Part shown: positions 28,687 to 44,306 of the stretch, piece by piece | How positions within the stretch are numbered: the first letter of the stretch is position 1 | Layout: every line of letters starts with the position of its first letter | Made by a program: the position numbers and the translations under genes | Assembly: GCA_964016885.1 (NCBI GenBank) | Contig: OZ024745.1 | Location: forward strand, 129,022,001 to 129,086,000 | DNA: 64,000 bases | Direction of reading: 5' to 3' | Source: Eledone cirrhosa | Taxonomy: Eukaryota | Notes under the pieces: model-generated | The model's input: the letters and a program-made list of their open reading frames with translations, nothing else | What the model was told of the DNA's origin: nothing | The model's database searches: none

Positions 28687-28883
28687 GGCGAAGTATTTGT
28701 TTCGCAAGGTTTTTTTAAATATAAAATCGCATGTTGAAACATATATTGTTATATTTGTGGAGGATCATGAAGTCCTAATACTGCAACAAAAACTATAAAG
28801 AAGCATACTGAAACTGAAGTGAAAACCAAACCAAACAGTGAGTGTGGTTCTTTATTTTTGAGGGCAATATTAGGACAACATGA

Positions 28884-29099
28884 GGACGGTGGGTTGGCAG
28901 TATCGGTAGAGCGTCGGACAACTTGCTTTATGGTATAGAGTTACCGCTCTTTACGATCTGAGTTCAAATCTTGCCCAAGTTAACTTTGCCTTACATCCTT
29001 ACGGGTTCGATAAAATAAAGTACCAGTAATGTACTGGGGTCGATTTAATCGACTTCCCCCTTCCCCAGAATTGTTGGCTTTGTGCCCAAATCGGAAACT
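28884..29099 (+). mobile_element. SINE (longer 3' variant) inserted into a PLE-type inverted repeat
   Basis: Target-site duplication AATATTA(G/A)GACAACATGA at 28866-28883 and 29100-29117. Confidence 0.88.
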
Positions 29100-29294
29100 A
29101 ATATTAAGACAACATGACCCTCCTCAAATATAACAATTTTTTTCTGTCCCTTGGCTTGAATAGCTATTCTAAAAATAAAATCGAACAAGTGAATAATTGA
29201 ATATTAAGTAAGCGGCATTTCTGCGCAAATTATATATAATATAAGGAATACTAAAAGGGGTGTATGTAAAAACACCCTTAATCTATTATATCAA

Positions 29295-29616
29295 CTAGAT
29301 GAGGGTGACGTCTTCTCCTTCTTTCTGTCTCCCTCTCACACACATACACACACACTCTTTCTCTAAACAAATGCCGTTCTTTTTCTCTCTCTATCTATGT
29401 ACATCTCTTTCGCTTGGTGCTCCCCCTTCTCTCTATATAGATGAGGGTGACCTCATAACTTTCTCTCTATCTACATCTTTCTGTCACCTCAAAAACACAC
29501 GGCGTTCATTTTTCTCCCCCTATCTATATACATATCCCTCGCTCTGCGCTCCCCCTCTATATATAAAGTGAGCGTGACGGACGGACGAACAGACAGCGCT
29601 CTTATTATAATATAGA
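29295..29616 (-). mobile_element. Short Helitron-like element with internal ~130-bp duplication
   Basis: Minus-strand 5' TCTATATTATAATAAGAGCGCTGTCTGTTCGTCCGTCCGTC; ends CTAG|T; TAGATGAGGGTGAC occurs twice; 3' hairpin not evident. Confidence 0.6.
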
Positions 29617-29987
29617 TCAATATTGATTCCTTTAGACATTCTATAAGGTTAATTGTAAGAGAACTGAAATATTGCATTCGCAGATTCGAAATTGTTTAAT
29701 ATCGGAGTAGCGAACACCAAGCAGAAACAATTCATTTCATCATAAAATATTTCCTTGGTGCCTGTTTGTTCAGAATTTACTATAGCTATAAAATAAACTT
29801 TTAGTTTTCACCAACTTAACAGGAATATTAATTATAACTTTTCCTCTTACTAACTATAGAGTTTCAACTTCTTTCTGAAATGATTGAAGATGTTTGATAA
29901 GTATTATCTGGATTTAATGTTTGGAAAATAGATTTGTATTCTTCTGTAAGTCACTTTGATAAAACTGAGAAGAAAATAGGAAATCCA

Positions 29988-30775
29988 CATATATACATAC
30001 ACACCCATACATACATATACATATACACACATATGCATACACATACACATACATTCACCCGCATACACACACACGTATAAATAAGTATGTAAAAAACCTC
30101 TATATATAAAAAAACACATATATATACGCACGCACGCACACATACGGAGGCGTTCGTATACATATACAGAACGTATATACATATAAGCACACTCACACAC
30201 ATAGATACAGATTGTAAACCAGCCGTATGAATAAATGAGTACAAATATACAATCGGCTGCGAAACAACATAATATATCTGGAGTGGAAAACGCAAGTGAC
30301 ATGTGACATCAGGTAGTGAAATAAAATGGGGAAGTAAAATGTGGAATGTCAAGATATTAGGTAAGTGAATCGAAAAGTAGGGGGGGGGGGGGTTACTGGT
30401 GGATGTGAAGTAAAAATAAAAATAAAATTAAAAATAAAGTTAAAAATGAAAGTAAATCAGAAAGAGAAGTCTGTAAAGAGGATAATTTAAGGAAAGTGAA
30501 GTATAAGAGTTTATGGAGGATAAGTATCTGAAAGTGAGTTAAGTTTATATGAGCTGGAAAGCAAGTGTGATTTCATGTGTGGGCAACTGGTGAAAATTTC
30601 TGTTTTTGTATTTAGGCAGGGTTTTTTTTTATATCTAGGTTTTTTTTATATCTAGGTTTTTTACATACTTATTTATACGTGTGTGTGTATGCGGGTGAAT
30701 GTATGTGTATGTGTATGCATATGCGTGTATATGTATATGTATGTATGGGTGTGTATGTATATATGTATATATATA
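29988..30775. repeat. Inverted repeat with arms of irregular CA/TA-rich sequence
   Basis: CATTCACCCGCATACACACACACGTATAAATAAGTATGTAAAAAACCT (~30052) versus AGGTTTTTTACATACTTATTTATACGTGTGTGTGTATGCGGGTGAATG (~30654). Confidence 0.7.
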
Positions 30776-31481
30776 TATAGTCGCGTACGTACGTGTGATT
30801 AGATATACATGTGGCGATATATATATATATATACGTGCCTCGTGTGTATGTATGTACGCATGCACGCGCTTTTGCCTGTACGTATTTGTGTGTATAAATA
30901 TTTTTATATATATATATGTGTGTGTACGTGCGTACCTATGTTTGTTTTCTTTTCTCTAGTGTTAATTGATTACTTTCTCTTTGATTAAAAAAAATTTTTC
31001 ATTCTCATATATTGTTTCATTTTTATACATATATCGAGAATGACACTTCTTTTTACTATTACACTCCCTTCCCTCTTTATCTTCCGCATATAAGTGACTG
31101 CGGGTGTGTGTGTGTGTGTGTGTGTTTATACGCGTGCTTTCATACTCGTATGTGTATTTAATACCTGTATCTGGATGCGTGTTAATTATATTATCATACA
31201 ATTTCTTTTTCAACTCATATTATATACGTATTTGTGGTCACATATACACAAATATACTTGCCCTCATATATGTACTCACGCACACATTTTCACCATACAC
31301 ATGCATTTGTACATACACACATATGTACATTTGTGAGTGTATATACATACATATACACATACCCTAACTATATTTCCTTATTTTTTTATATATCTCTTGA
31401 ATTACTTTTATTTATATATTTTTTGCCCGTTAGACTCTTGCATTTCTTGAGGAGACTTTTCAAATATTTCACTGTTTTAAA

Positions 31482-31555
31482 TTGCCTTGTCCGACGAACG
31501 AATGAGGACGTTTTTCGTATTCGTCTTATTCGGGAAACCTCTGGTAGTGAGGTAA
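31482..31555 (+). ncRNA. Hammerhead motif, U4>C
   Basis: TTGCCTTGT-CCGACGA-A-CGAATGAGGACG...CGTCTTATTCG-G-GAAACC-TCT-GGTA-GTGAGGTAA; stem I pairs with G.U wobbles. Confidence 0.7.
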
Positions 31556-31651
31556 TTATATTGTATTGTTTATTATACATTATATATATATATATATATA
31601 TATATATAGCTTTAAATGGAGTGAGAATAAGAAGAAAGTCGGGGGAGTTAT

Positions 31652-32211
31652 CCTCAACAGTTGTCTACTGGGGCTCTCGGATATAACACGCTTTAAAGAC
31701 AATATATCTACCGCCCAGAGGGTTCAATAACTGGGTAAGTTATTGGAAAAACGGAGAAGGGAGGGAGGGGAATATAAGGGAAAGGGGAAGAAAAGAGAAA
31801 AAAACAACGACAGCGAAACAACGACAGCGAAAAAACAACAAACCGAGCAATGTGCGAGCAACTTAAGGTAAGAAAATCCAAGACCACAGCGATAAGAGAA
31901 CTTAAGTTGAAGAACGTGGGGGCGAACGAAAAGACACGTCTGAATGTAAGTGAGAAAAGGAATGCTAGGGAAACAAGGAGGTGGCTGGCAGAGAGAGGAT
32001 GAGTGAAAGTGAGAGGGAGAAAGGGAGAGGAAGAAAGAGGTGTATGAGTAGATATTAACGAAATAGGTAGGTAGGAAGAGAAAGTTCTATCCCCCTCCCT
32101 CCCTCTTCCGTTTCCCCAATAACTTACCCAGTTATTGAACGCTCTGGGCGGTAGATATATTGTCTTTAGAGCGTTGAAATATCCGAGACTCCCAGTAGAC
32201 AACTGATGAGG
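31652..32211. repeat. Inverted repeat (~120-bp arms) with a hammerhead 5' half (CTGATGA-GGA at 32203)
   Basis: TCCTCAACAGTTGTCTACTGGG...CAATAACTGGGTAAGTTATTGG versus CCAATAACTTACCCAGTTATTG...CCCAGTAGACAACTGATGAGGA. Confidence 0.8.
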
Positions 32212-32287
32212 ACCCCTGCCCCTGTTCTAGCTTTCTCCTTCCATTTTAAGCTACCTTAACTAGAAACTGCAGAGCCAATCCTATTCT

Positions 32288-32333
<46 letters not shown>

Positions 32334-32399
32334 GTGTTTGTGAGTATGTGCGTGTGTGTGTGTGTAAGTGTGTCTGTGTAAGTGTGTGTGTGCGCGCGC

Positions 32400-32435
<36 letters not shown>

Positions 32436-32608
32436 GTGTGCACGTGAATCTCGGTATGTATGTGTATCCAAATTAATTCCACAGGTGAAGTTTGTACCAT
32501 TGTAGGGAAACAGTTGTTATCTTTAAAACAGATAAATTGCTAGTCGTTGTAAAGATAGTGGAACAATGGGGTGTCTTGTAAGCATGGGGAACATATGTGA
32601 CACACGCT

Positions 32609-32640
<32 letters not shown>

Positions 32641-33602
32641 CATATATACATACATACACACACATATATACACATACACATACACACACATATATATATA
32701 CACATACACATACACACACATACACATACACACAAATACATACACATACATACACACACACATACACATACACATACACACACATACACACATACACACA
32801 TATAATACACATACACACACATACACACATACACACATATATACACATACACACACACATACACATACGCACATATACACACACACACACACACATACAT
32901 ACACATATACACATACACACACAACACAATACACAGACACACACATACATACACATAGACACAATTATACACATACACACACATACACACACCTACACAG
33001 AGATACAATCACACAATATATATGGAGGTACACACACAGAAATATTGTCTGTTGTTAATGTAGACATATGTCAAATTCTGACATACACACACTCGCACAC
33101 ATATACACACGCACACACATACACACACTCACACTCAAACATACACATGCTCACACATACAAACGCACACGTACACAAGCATACACGCACACGCACATAC
33201 ATACATATAAAAGCACGCTCACACGCTCACTCACTCACACTCACACACACAAAATCACGCGCACATACACATACAGAAAAACTCGCGTATATGCACACAC
33301 ACAAAATCACGCGTACATACACACACACACAAACCTACGTGTACATACACACACACACACAAAAACACGCGTGCATACGCACACACAAAAACACGCGTCA
33401 TACACACACATAAAAACGCGCGTACATACACATATATATATATATATGAAAAGATTCATCACCCCAACGGCTGAGCTCCGGCCGTTTTGACAGCTAAATC
33501 CGTCGGGGTCCTGATCTTTTCCTATTACCCACTCTACTACCCTAAGTATTGAGTACTCTGGTGGGTTATGGTCCACGTGCTTTTTTTACCACACCCTATC
33601 TG

Positions 33603-33640
<38 letters not shown>

Positions 33641-33663
33641 GTATATTTATATATATATATATG

Positions 33664-33704
<41 letters not shown>

Positions 33705-33754
33705 ATATATATATATATTTTTTTTTATTTAAGTATATATACATACATACAAAC

Positions 33755-33813
<59 letters not shown>

Positions 33814-34434
33814 GTATATATATATATATATATATTGTTATATTTGGGGAGGGTCATATTTGCGTAATATTGCCAGAATTAATAACAGAACACACTCACT
33901 GTTTGGTTGGTTTTCGCTTCTCGCTGTCTTTTATATCTGCGATCTAACTTACTCGGTCCTCAATGTTGCCATTGACTGACCGGCGGTCAAAAATAATACA
34001 GATACAATATAGACACAAACACATATATATAGTTTACATAATTTACATAAATCTTTCGTTGCACATCTGCAACATCGTCAGTGGTGTTATATTCATTGTT
34101 CCTCCTGTTGTGTTATATGTCTACGCCATTTTTTTTTATTCAGTCTGTCTATATATTTATTTATTTATTTGCTTGTTTGTTCATCTTATTTTATTTTGTC
34201 TTCTTTGCGCATGCGTTTGCGTGTGTGTATAGTGTTATGTGTGATGTGTGACTAGTGTGTATAGTGTTGTGTCTGCTGGGTGACTAGTGTGTGTTTATGT
34301 GCTTGTTGTTATTGTGCTTGTGTATGTATTTATTTATCTTATTTTATTTTATTTTATTTTATTTACTTATTTATACTTCTCTTAGGTCAGTGTTGTTTAT
34401 TTATTTATTTAAGTATATATACATACATTCAAAC

Positions 34435-34509
<75 letters not shown>

Positions 34510-34966
34510 AATAATTGATCAGTAGGACTGCGACAATTCTGATTGGCATAATATGGTCGTTAATACGTAATGGAAGGAGGCCTGGAGTTTGGAGGCCATG
34601 ATGTGTTGCCCGATGAACGATGAAATTTGTCCAGATCTGTGTGTATGGGATTTAGATGAAGAATAATGTTTGAGTTCAGATAAAATAGAACAGTTTAAAG
34701 AGGCATGTTGTGGGAGTTCAATGACATTTATATCTACATCAGCTGGAGATTGTTGAATTATTTATTCGGGGGACAACGAGCAGAAGGAGTCTTCACCACA
34801 AACACCATTGCTTTTAGTGATGTCTTCAAGCAGCCGTCGCATATAAAGATTTTCTTTAAAAAATGAGGTTCAATACCAGTAATTTGCTGCAAATTGAAAT
34901 TCGGTTAAATCGATCAGTAACTCATATACAACATAATGGTCAGGATTACCAATATTAACTACAATT

Positions 34967-35130
34967 ATTAACCTCGGTGGGATTTGATCTGGGTTCAAAT
35001 CCCGCCGAGGTTAACTTTGCCTTTCATCCTTACGGGATCGATAAAATAAAGTACCAGTAATGCACTGGGGTCGGTTTAATCGACTTTCCCCTCCGCCAAA
35101 ACTGCTGGCCTTGTGCTTATATAAGAAACC
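34967..35130 (+). mobile_element. 5'-truncated SINE with short 5' inversion
   Basis: TTAACCTCGGTGGGATTTGA-TCTGGGT-TCAAATCCCGCCGAGGTTAA followed by the SINE body. Confidence 0.82.
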
Positions 35131-35177
35131 CTTTACGATTATTGATACAACATCATGCTTATCATTGATTGGTTGAA

Positions 35178-35362
35178 AATAATTATTTCTACTTTAGGCA
35201 CAAGGCCAGCAATTACCCAGTGCATTACTGGTACTTTATTTTATCGACCCCGTAAGGATGAAAGGCAAAGTCAACCTCGGCGGGATTTGAACTCAGATCG
35301 TAAAGGGACGTAACTATGCTGGAAAGCATGGCGTCCGACCCTCTACCGATACTGCCAATCCA
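35178..35362 (-). mobile_element. SINE, full length
   Basis: Consensus match; flanking direct repeat AAAATAATTATTTC. Confidence 0.9.
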
Positions 35363-35961
35363 TCAAAAATAATTATTTCAATTAATTCTTGGGTCGAGTA
35401 AATTCACCGGCGAAGAATTTTGTTAGATATACGAAGTTATTAATTGAAGAGTTTTATATTTTTATTCCAAATCTCACACATGTGAAACGAACAGCTCTTA
35501 AAAGTTAGCCAGGAAAAGATTCACGATGACCTTGGCCTTTGAACAATACAGTAAGACTGATACAATTAAAGCCAAGCTTGAACATTTACAGCTAGAATAA
35601 AATGTCAATGGGATGAAAACCGGGTTGCTCTGATTGTATGTAAATGTGCACAAAAACACGTGGTGGCGTGAAACTATGCAATGTTTTAAACCTATTACCA
35701 AAATGTTAGGCCATATGTGTAAGTGTGTGTATAAATACTTGTGTGTACGTGTTTCTTTTACTGGTCAATAGTTTGACATACAAAGCAGAAATTTCATATT
35801 TATGTTTAAGTTATAAAACGCCCAAATCATTATTTCTTTTTTCTTCATGTTATAAACCTTCAGATTTAAAACAACGCGTATGTGTATACAGTTGAACAAA
35901 TTCTAACTGAACTGAGACGTCAACTATAAAGACTGGATAATATATATACATATATATACCT

Positions 35962-36206
<245 letters not shown>

Positions 36207-36207
36207 A

Positions 36208-36336
<129 letters not shown>

Positions 36337-36354
36337 CACACATATATATATATA

Positions 36355-36393
<39 letters not shown>

Positions 36394-36425
36394 GTGTATA
36401 TATACATACACATATATATATATAT

Positions 36426-36527
<102 letters not shown>

Positions 36528-36617
36528 GGTGTTGGGTGCTTAAAGCGTCCGTATGCGGTAGGCCGTATGAGCACTCGATGCTCTCATAGAGCAGAGTATG
36601 ATATCACAAACAAAAAA

Positions 36618-36994
<377 letters not shown>

Positions 36995-37369
36995 ATATAT
37001 ATACTAGTATATTACATGTTTTATTTAATATCACGTATCAGTTTTATTAATTTACACATGTAAAGACAGATTTCCAGAGAGCTTATTTATTTATTTTTAA
37101 TATTCTGGTATCATTTCACTTACATCCTTTTTTTTTTACAAATACTAATCCACTAATTAAAATATGCTTAAAATTAATTAGTTGCGCATAATTTCTTGAT
37201 TTTACGTGTTATTTTTAAATGTTATTTCGTTCACTTCCCTACATTTTTTCAAAACTTAATTTCTTCTGAAATATAACACCCAGACATTATACATATTTAT
37301 TTATGTAATTAATCATAATGAAAAATCATATTGAAAGTGAGGTAAATTGCTAAAAGTTCATGTGTGAGA

Positions 37370-37427
<58 letters not shown>

Positions 37428-37459
37428 ATATATATACATATATATATATATACATACAT

Positions 37460-37537
<78 letters not shown>

Positions 37538-37651
37538 GAGCCTAACGCACATATACACACACACAGACACGTATATATATATATATATATACACACACAT
37601 ATGAGTCTAAATACACATACACTCACACACACACGCATATATATATATCGA

Positions 37652-37724
<73 letters not shown>

Positions 37725-38215
37725 GAGGGGCCGAGGAGATCACTAATAAAGAGAGTACTTATATATATATATATAGTATTAAAAAGATCTGAGGCTATAA
37801 GCAGTTGATATAGGTATATTTAAATGTCTGTGATACATATTTCGCTTTGGACAACAAATTTTGATAGCCTGAGCTCTGCAGACGTTATAAAAACCTTTAA
37901 AAATACTTGATAATTTCCTCGAAAGATTTTTCCTTATCGTGATACAGGAGACGGCCGAATGTGTTGATGTTGTTTCTTCACTGGGCAGCACCTGTATATG
38001 ACCCTCCCCAAATATAACAATATATATATATATTGAGATCGGTGTGGAAGTCGGACCTTCGTAAGACCGATATTGTTATACTTTGGGAGAGTCATGTTGC
38101 CAATAAGAAACACACACACCAGTTATTTTCACTCCAATTTATTATAAATTTCAAAAAAAATTATAAGTTTCCGGTTGGTTGGTTGGTTCCACAACCGGAC
38201 GATTGTTCATATATT

Positions 38216-38258
38216 GTCAAAGTTCTTTCGTTATACATTCTGTGACCTCTTCAGTGAC
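38216..38258 (-). ncRNA. Hammerhead motif, paralog of 4908-4950
   Basis: Reverse complement GTCA-CTGAAGA-GGTCACAGAATGTATAAC-GAAA-GAAC-TT-TGAC; stem II eroded. Confidence 0.68.
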
Positions 38259-38318
38259 CGGGGATTCTTTTCTTTGTTTTGTGCTTCTCCTTTGTTCTGG
38301 CCTACGCCATCTTGTTTT

Positions 38319-38387
<69 letters not shown>

Positions 38388-38427
38388 GATTGGTGCTCTG
38401 AAATAGTGATGTATACATGAATAGTAT

Positions 38428-38722
38428 ATGCATAGTATATATATTTGGCAATATACCGTATGTTTAATTAAAGACATTTTGAAGAACTTGCGCTAATTTT
38501 TGCTGGACCGACAATCGGTCTATATAATCAGCTCCTGATTATTACTGGAATTCTATAAGAATCCAACTTCTATAATTTTCGGCGGAAACAGATGGTTAGC
38601 TTCTCTGCCATCTTTCGCCGAAAAGAAGTAAGTGACATAGTCACTACTTTAAAAATGATAGCGTAAGGTCTTCAAAATATTTTAAATTAAACATACGGTA
38701 TATTGCCAAATATACTATGCAT
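38428..38722. repeat. Inverted repeat between (TA)n tracts
   Basis: TATATTTGGCAATATACCGTATGTTTAAT...TTTTGAAGA versus TCTTCAAAA...ATTAAACATACGGTATATTGCCAAATATA. Confidence 0.8.
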
Positions 38723-38724
38723 AC

Positions 38725-38822
<98 letters not shown>

Positions 38823-39120
38823 ATTTAAAAAGTGGAGAATAATATGGTCAACAGTACAAAAAAGGGTATTTATTTGCAGTTTAACAATTGTTTCACTGAT
38901 AGAGTTGTCTAAATATTGCTGAACACTAAAAACAGTGCCACTCAATTTTAAATGCGTTGTTAAATCTACTAGATCATCTACTGAATGAGTATTACTGTTG
39001 TCTAGCTTCAACTCTGTTTTGATGGAAAACACGTATATATGTAATATATGTATGAAGAAAAATTGGATGTTTTTTGTGTATTTGCTCTTCTTACTTATAA
39101 TTTTATACGTTAATATATAA

Positions 39121-39138
39121 AGAAGAAGGAAGAAGAAG

Positions 39139-39198
<60 letters not shown>

Positions 39199-39380
39199 GT
39201 GGCAAAGAACAAGAAGAAGAAGAAGAAGAAGAAGAAGAAGAAGAAGAAGAAGAAGAAGAAGAAGAAGAAGAAGAAGGAAGAAGAAGAAGAAGAAGAAGAA
39301 GAGAAGAAGAAGAAGAAGAAGAAGAAGATGGCAAAGAATAAGAATAAGACGAAGAAGTGGCAAAGAAGAAGAAGAAGAAG
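39121..39380. repeat. (GAA)n/(TAG)n microsatellite
   Basis: Direct observation. Confidence 0.95.
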
Positions 39381-39749
39381 AGTATTGTTAGCTCTAGATT
39401 TGCAGAATGTGTCCAGACAGGAGACATTAGTAACATTATACGACTGGTCGGAGATGGGCAGGCAGCCGTCTGGCACCAATCTGGGTGCGTAAGCATATTA
39501 TTTGATATAGCAGCTAGTAATTGGAACACTTATATACGCTATATATATATGTACGATAACAATTGACTATTGGATACAGATACACACACAACACACATAT
39601 ATATATATACATATATATATACACTCATATATATATATATATATACATATATGTATGTCCCCCCCCGCCCACTCTGAAGCCTGAACCTAATACTAACACT
39701 TTATACTGCACTCTTCGCTATTGTTTTTGTTTTCTGTTTTAACTATAAT

Positions 39750-39785
<36 letters not shown>

Positions 39786-39985
39786 GTGTCTAACCTGATT
39801 ACCTTTTTTGTTGTTTTGGTATTGTATGGTTGGGTTTTGCCTGCCGCAATTTTCAATTTGTCAAGCTGTCTAAACGTAATGTTATTACTCGAAGGAGTAA
39901 TAATTACCCTTATTGAGTTCTTTGCTACTCATTCCTAATTGTAGGTCGAATTGTAGGTCGACTTTACTAAGCTTCCACTTGTATA

Positions 39986-40059
<74 letters not shown>

Positions 40060-41352
40060 ATATATATATATATATATATATACTTAGGTAAATATTGATG
40101 CAATTCAATTCAAGCACTCAACGTATTTTCCACATAGGAGCGACGGAGTATATATCGAATAATAAAAAGCGAAGTAGTTTCAGATGTTAAAGTCCTTTAA
40201 TGATAATGCTGTGATACATATTTCAATTGAGTATGAAATCTGTTTAATTTTGCTGATAAATCTAATCTAAAAATTCTATAAAATTTGTCTCGAGCTTCCC
40301 TGGTGTTAAGCGGCTAAGTATACAAGGACCGATCCGATCCTCTGGATAGGTCACCAGTCCATCACAGGGTTAATCTCTCAGCTACTGCCAGTTTTTATTT
40401 TCAGCTGAGTATACTGAGCAAAGTAAAATGAAGTGTTTTTTTCATTAACCCAACATACAACATAAGCCTAGGAGTCAAACCCAAGCTCTTTCCCCTCTTA
40501 AAAAATTCCCCAACATGTTGAAAATACTGCTAAAGGGATAACGGCACATGTTTTCAGTTTTAAACCGCACCTCAATGTATATGTCACAAATGCAACTTAT
40601 TTTCTTTATTGTTTAGTCGGTAAGGGAACTGCAACGCCCACAATCTTTCTGTGTTTTTTTTACCTTTTTCCGGGCCATTAAGACTGGTGAGACGAAGCGA
40701 AGACATCATCAAACCGGAGACAGCAATATATCTATAATACAACCACCAGCAGCAGTAACAGTATTTCTAGCAGCAATGTCATCAGACATGACAATAATTA
40801 TACCAACAACAACAACAACAACAACAAAAAATGACAACAACAGCAACAACAAAAACAATGACAACAACAATAACAACAATGGCAACAACAACAAACAAAA
40901 GCAAGCAAAAAGAACAAAATAACGCTCTTAGGAAAATTTTGTGACGTCTACAACGATGACAACTTAACATCTTCATCATCATCATCAACAACAACAACTA
41001 TGACGACAACAACAACAACAATAGCTATGACGAAAAAACTGTCAAACAGAAAAACATGGCACCAACAAGTAACAAACAACAACAACAATAACAACAATAA
41101 TAATTAAAAGACATTAACAACAGCAACAACAACCATTGACTGTGACTGACAATATTGGCAAGCTGAATGACATGGCATTATCATCTTCATCAACATCATC
41201 ATCATCATCGTCATCGTCCATCGCCAACAACAACAACAACAACAACAGCACAACGTCTCAGTGACAACACTGCAAAAAGGTAAAAAAAAAAAAGAAAAAT
41301 AATACATTTAAACAGCATCATCATCATCATCAATATCGTCGTCATCACAATT

Positions 41353-41386
<34 letters not shown>

Positions 41387-41797
41387 CCACCACCACCATC
41401 ATCATCATCGCCACGTCCAGATTGCTGAATCAATGTTTTATTTCTCAACATCTTACTGTCATTCTCTCACCCCTCTCTCTTTCTTTTCTCTCTCTCTCTC
41501 ACTCTCTCTCTCTCTCTCTCACTCTCTCTCCGACTATTACTCTCTCTCTCTTACTATTACTCTCTCTCTCTCTCACTCTCTCTCTCTCTTACTATTAGTC
41601 TCTCTCTCACTCTCTCTCTCTCTTATTATTACTCTCTCTCTCGCTCTCACTCTCTCTCTCTTACTATTACTCTCACTCTCTCACTCTCTCTCTCTCTTAC
41701 TATTACTCTCTCCCTCTCTCACTATTATCTATTTTCTCTCACCTGCATCTTCCCTTCTAATTTATTCTTTGTCTTTTACTTGGCAGTATTAATATTA

Positions 41798-42106
41798 ATC
41801 CCGCCGAGGTTGACTTTGCCTTTCATCCTTACGGGGTCGATAAAATAAAGTACCAGTAATGCACTGGGTAATTGCTGGCCTTGTGCCAAAAGTAGAAACA
41901 ATTATTAATGGGGCGGTGGGTTGCAAGTATCGGCAGAGGGTAGGACACCATACTTTTCAGCACAGAGTTGCGACCCTTTACGTTCTGAGTTCAAATCCAG
42001 CCGAGGTTAGCTTTGCCTTTTATCCTTACGGGGTCGATAAAATATAGTACCAGTAATACACTGGGATAATTGCTGACCTTGTGCCCAAAATAGAAACAAT
42101 TATTAT
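41798..42106 (+). mobile_element. Two SINEs in tandem (truncated 41798-41906; full 41911-42106)
   Basis: Two consecutive consensus matches. Confidence 0.88.
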
Positions 42107-42362
42107 TTGAAACTTCCTTTGAATTCTGCTTCTTTCCCAAACTATGCCGAGAGAGTCAACCTGACACCCGAGGAAATATTTGATAATACATACATTTTAC
42201 AATCAATTGTCTACAAATGATGCCACAAGGGCATAGACAACAGTAAATGTCTTTTCATGATTTGATAATACTGTTCTCAGGACATGAACATTGCCAGTCA
42301 GCACAATTTTCTGTATCGCTTGCAGAGATGTCTTACTTGAACGAGATTATGATTATTATTAT

Positions 42363-42558
42363 TGTGAATTGTATCAGTAGAGGGTCGGCCGCCATGCTTT
42401 GCAGCATAGAGTTATCGTCCTTTACGGTCTGAGTTCAAATCCCGCCGAGGTTAACTTTGCCTTTCATCCTTACGGGGTCGACAAAATAAAGTACCAGTAA
42501 TGCACTGGGATAATTGCTGGTTTTGTGCCAAAAGTAGAAACAATTATTATTATTATTA
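42363..42558 (+). mobile_element. SINE
   Basis: Consensus match with (TAT)n tail; an older diverged copy lies at ~42890-43050. Confidence 0.88.
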
Positions 42559-43227
42559 CTTTGATATCTCAGTCATTGATGTTAATTAACCGGAAAATTT
42601 GCCCTAATGGACATGAAGCCGCTACCTGTAGCCTCAGATATTCAGGACGTATCGGAGGGTCCTTGCTTTTCCCAGTAGGCATGTCTTCTGGAGTGTTCCA
42701 AAAAAAATAAAAAGCAAAAAAAATCAACTTTGGAAGCTCTTCGAAATAGTACCAAGTGTTTCTATAGCGTTGGGGTCGACCTTCATCTCATGATAGTTCC
42801 AAATCCATTTAAGTTGTTGTTTTAATGCCACTTTGGTGAAAACAGCGGACGTGTTTCGATCTTATAATCATTTTAGTGAAAATAGAGAAGGGGATTGACA
42901 ATTTCAATAGTGCGTCGGACAAAATACTTTCTGACATCAAATACAGCCGCGGCCAACTTTGCCTTTCATTTTTCTGGTGTCGATAAAATTAAGTAAAAGT
43001 TAAGTACATTTCCTTTCCCCCAAGTTTCTGGCGCTGTGTCAATTCTAGAAATTCTTTCTTTCAGTGAAGCATATTCACTTAACAATTTGATCAACTCCTC
43101 GGAATTCTGCTTCTATTCCATTAAAAAAAAGACAAACAAGCAAACAAAGAAAAACTGTAAAATCAAATACAAAACTAAACCAAGTCAGGACTGTACTTTG
43201 GAGAAAACAACTTGCCTAAGACGCAGT

Positions 43228-43540
43228 TCTTCACTTTCTGGTAGAGCCGCTACTTCTCCAAATTGAGAGCTCCCAGCTCTGATACTATAGACATGTGGTA
43301 AGAATGTCTCAGGAAAGAATCGCTGGATAGATTTTACGGACAAAACTAACCGGCAGGAGACCCAGGTGTAGACCCCGAGCAAGATAGTTTGATAACATCC
43401 ATGAGCTTGGCTGGTCACGCTTGGGGATCCAGCCGGATCAGTTGGAGACGGTTGCTTCTGACAGGACCCGCTGGAGTGAGTGTTTGAGGACTCTGCACCC
43501 CATGACTCTCTCAGGAATAAGAGGGCGAAGAAGAAGAGGA
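43228..43540 (+). pseudogene. RTE-clade LINE 3' fragment (degenerate)
   Basis: VEPLLLQIESSQL*YYRHVVRMSQERIAG*ILRTKLTGRRPRCRPRAR*FDNIHELGWSRLGIQPDQLETVASDRTRW matches the RTE C-terminus (QLRW.GHV.RM; GRRPRGRP..RW.D; A.DR..W); (GAA)n tail. Confidence 0.85.
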
Positions 43541-43835
43541 GTGTGTATAATGAGGACCTTGATGAGGTATAGGGATGGTAAACATTTTTTTGCAAGATCC
43601 ATAGCTCGTACTTAATTGGTTGTCTAACTCGTTGTATAAATGTAAATATATATTAGTTGTAGAAGTGACGTCCGAACGGGTATCCTCTACCACCAACTAA
43701 CTTGTCCTCAGCCTCAGGGGCCCGGCATACAGGATGAAGAATGTATTGCTCCGGGGGATGGTGACGGAGACGTACTGAAACAGCCACTCCACTTTACGGG
43801 GCTAGCACCTGCGGGCGGTCAACTCCGTCCCGATA

Positions 43836-44152
43836 GCAGTGAGTGGTGATATGGTCCGGAGGTGGGAGGAGCTAGAACACTAGAAGTCTCCACTGCTACA
43901 AATTCTACCACAAACCTCGCGTGGTGGCACATACCTGCTGGCAGCCAACCCCACCCCAATAACAGTGAGTAGGGATGTGGTCCGGGGTTCAAAGAACGCC
44001 GAAAGTTTCCACTGCTACAAGCTTTACGACAGACCTCGTGGGGCTCATACGTGTGGGCAGCCAACTGCGTCCCGCAACAGTGAGTAGAGCTGTAGTCCGG
44101 GGGTCCAAGAACGCCAAAAGTACCAACTGCTACAGAGTCTACCACAAACCTA
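43836..44152. repeat. Three diverged GC-rich ~115-125-bp tandem units
   Basis: CAGTGAGT...GTCCGG...AGAAC...ACTGCTACA...AC(C/G)ACA(A/G)ACCT starts near 43838, 43962 and 44078. Confidence 0.8.
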
Positions 44153-44273
44153 TCAGAGAACGGCTGAGAGTTGGACAGTTTGCCCTCTTCGGCTTGGTGG
44201 GCAGCAGGGCCTGGGTTAACTGTCATCTAGCTATCATATCTACTGCTTGATCAGAATTGACTGAACCTTCACG

Positions 44274-44306
<33 letters not shown>

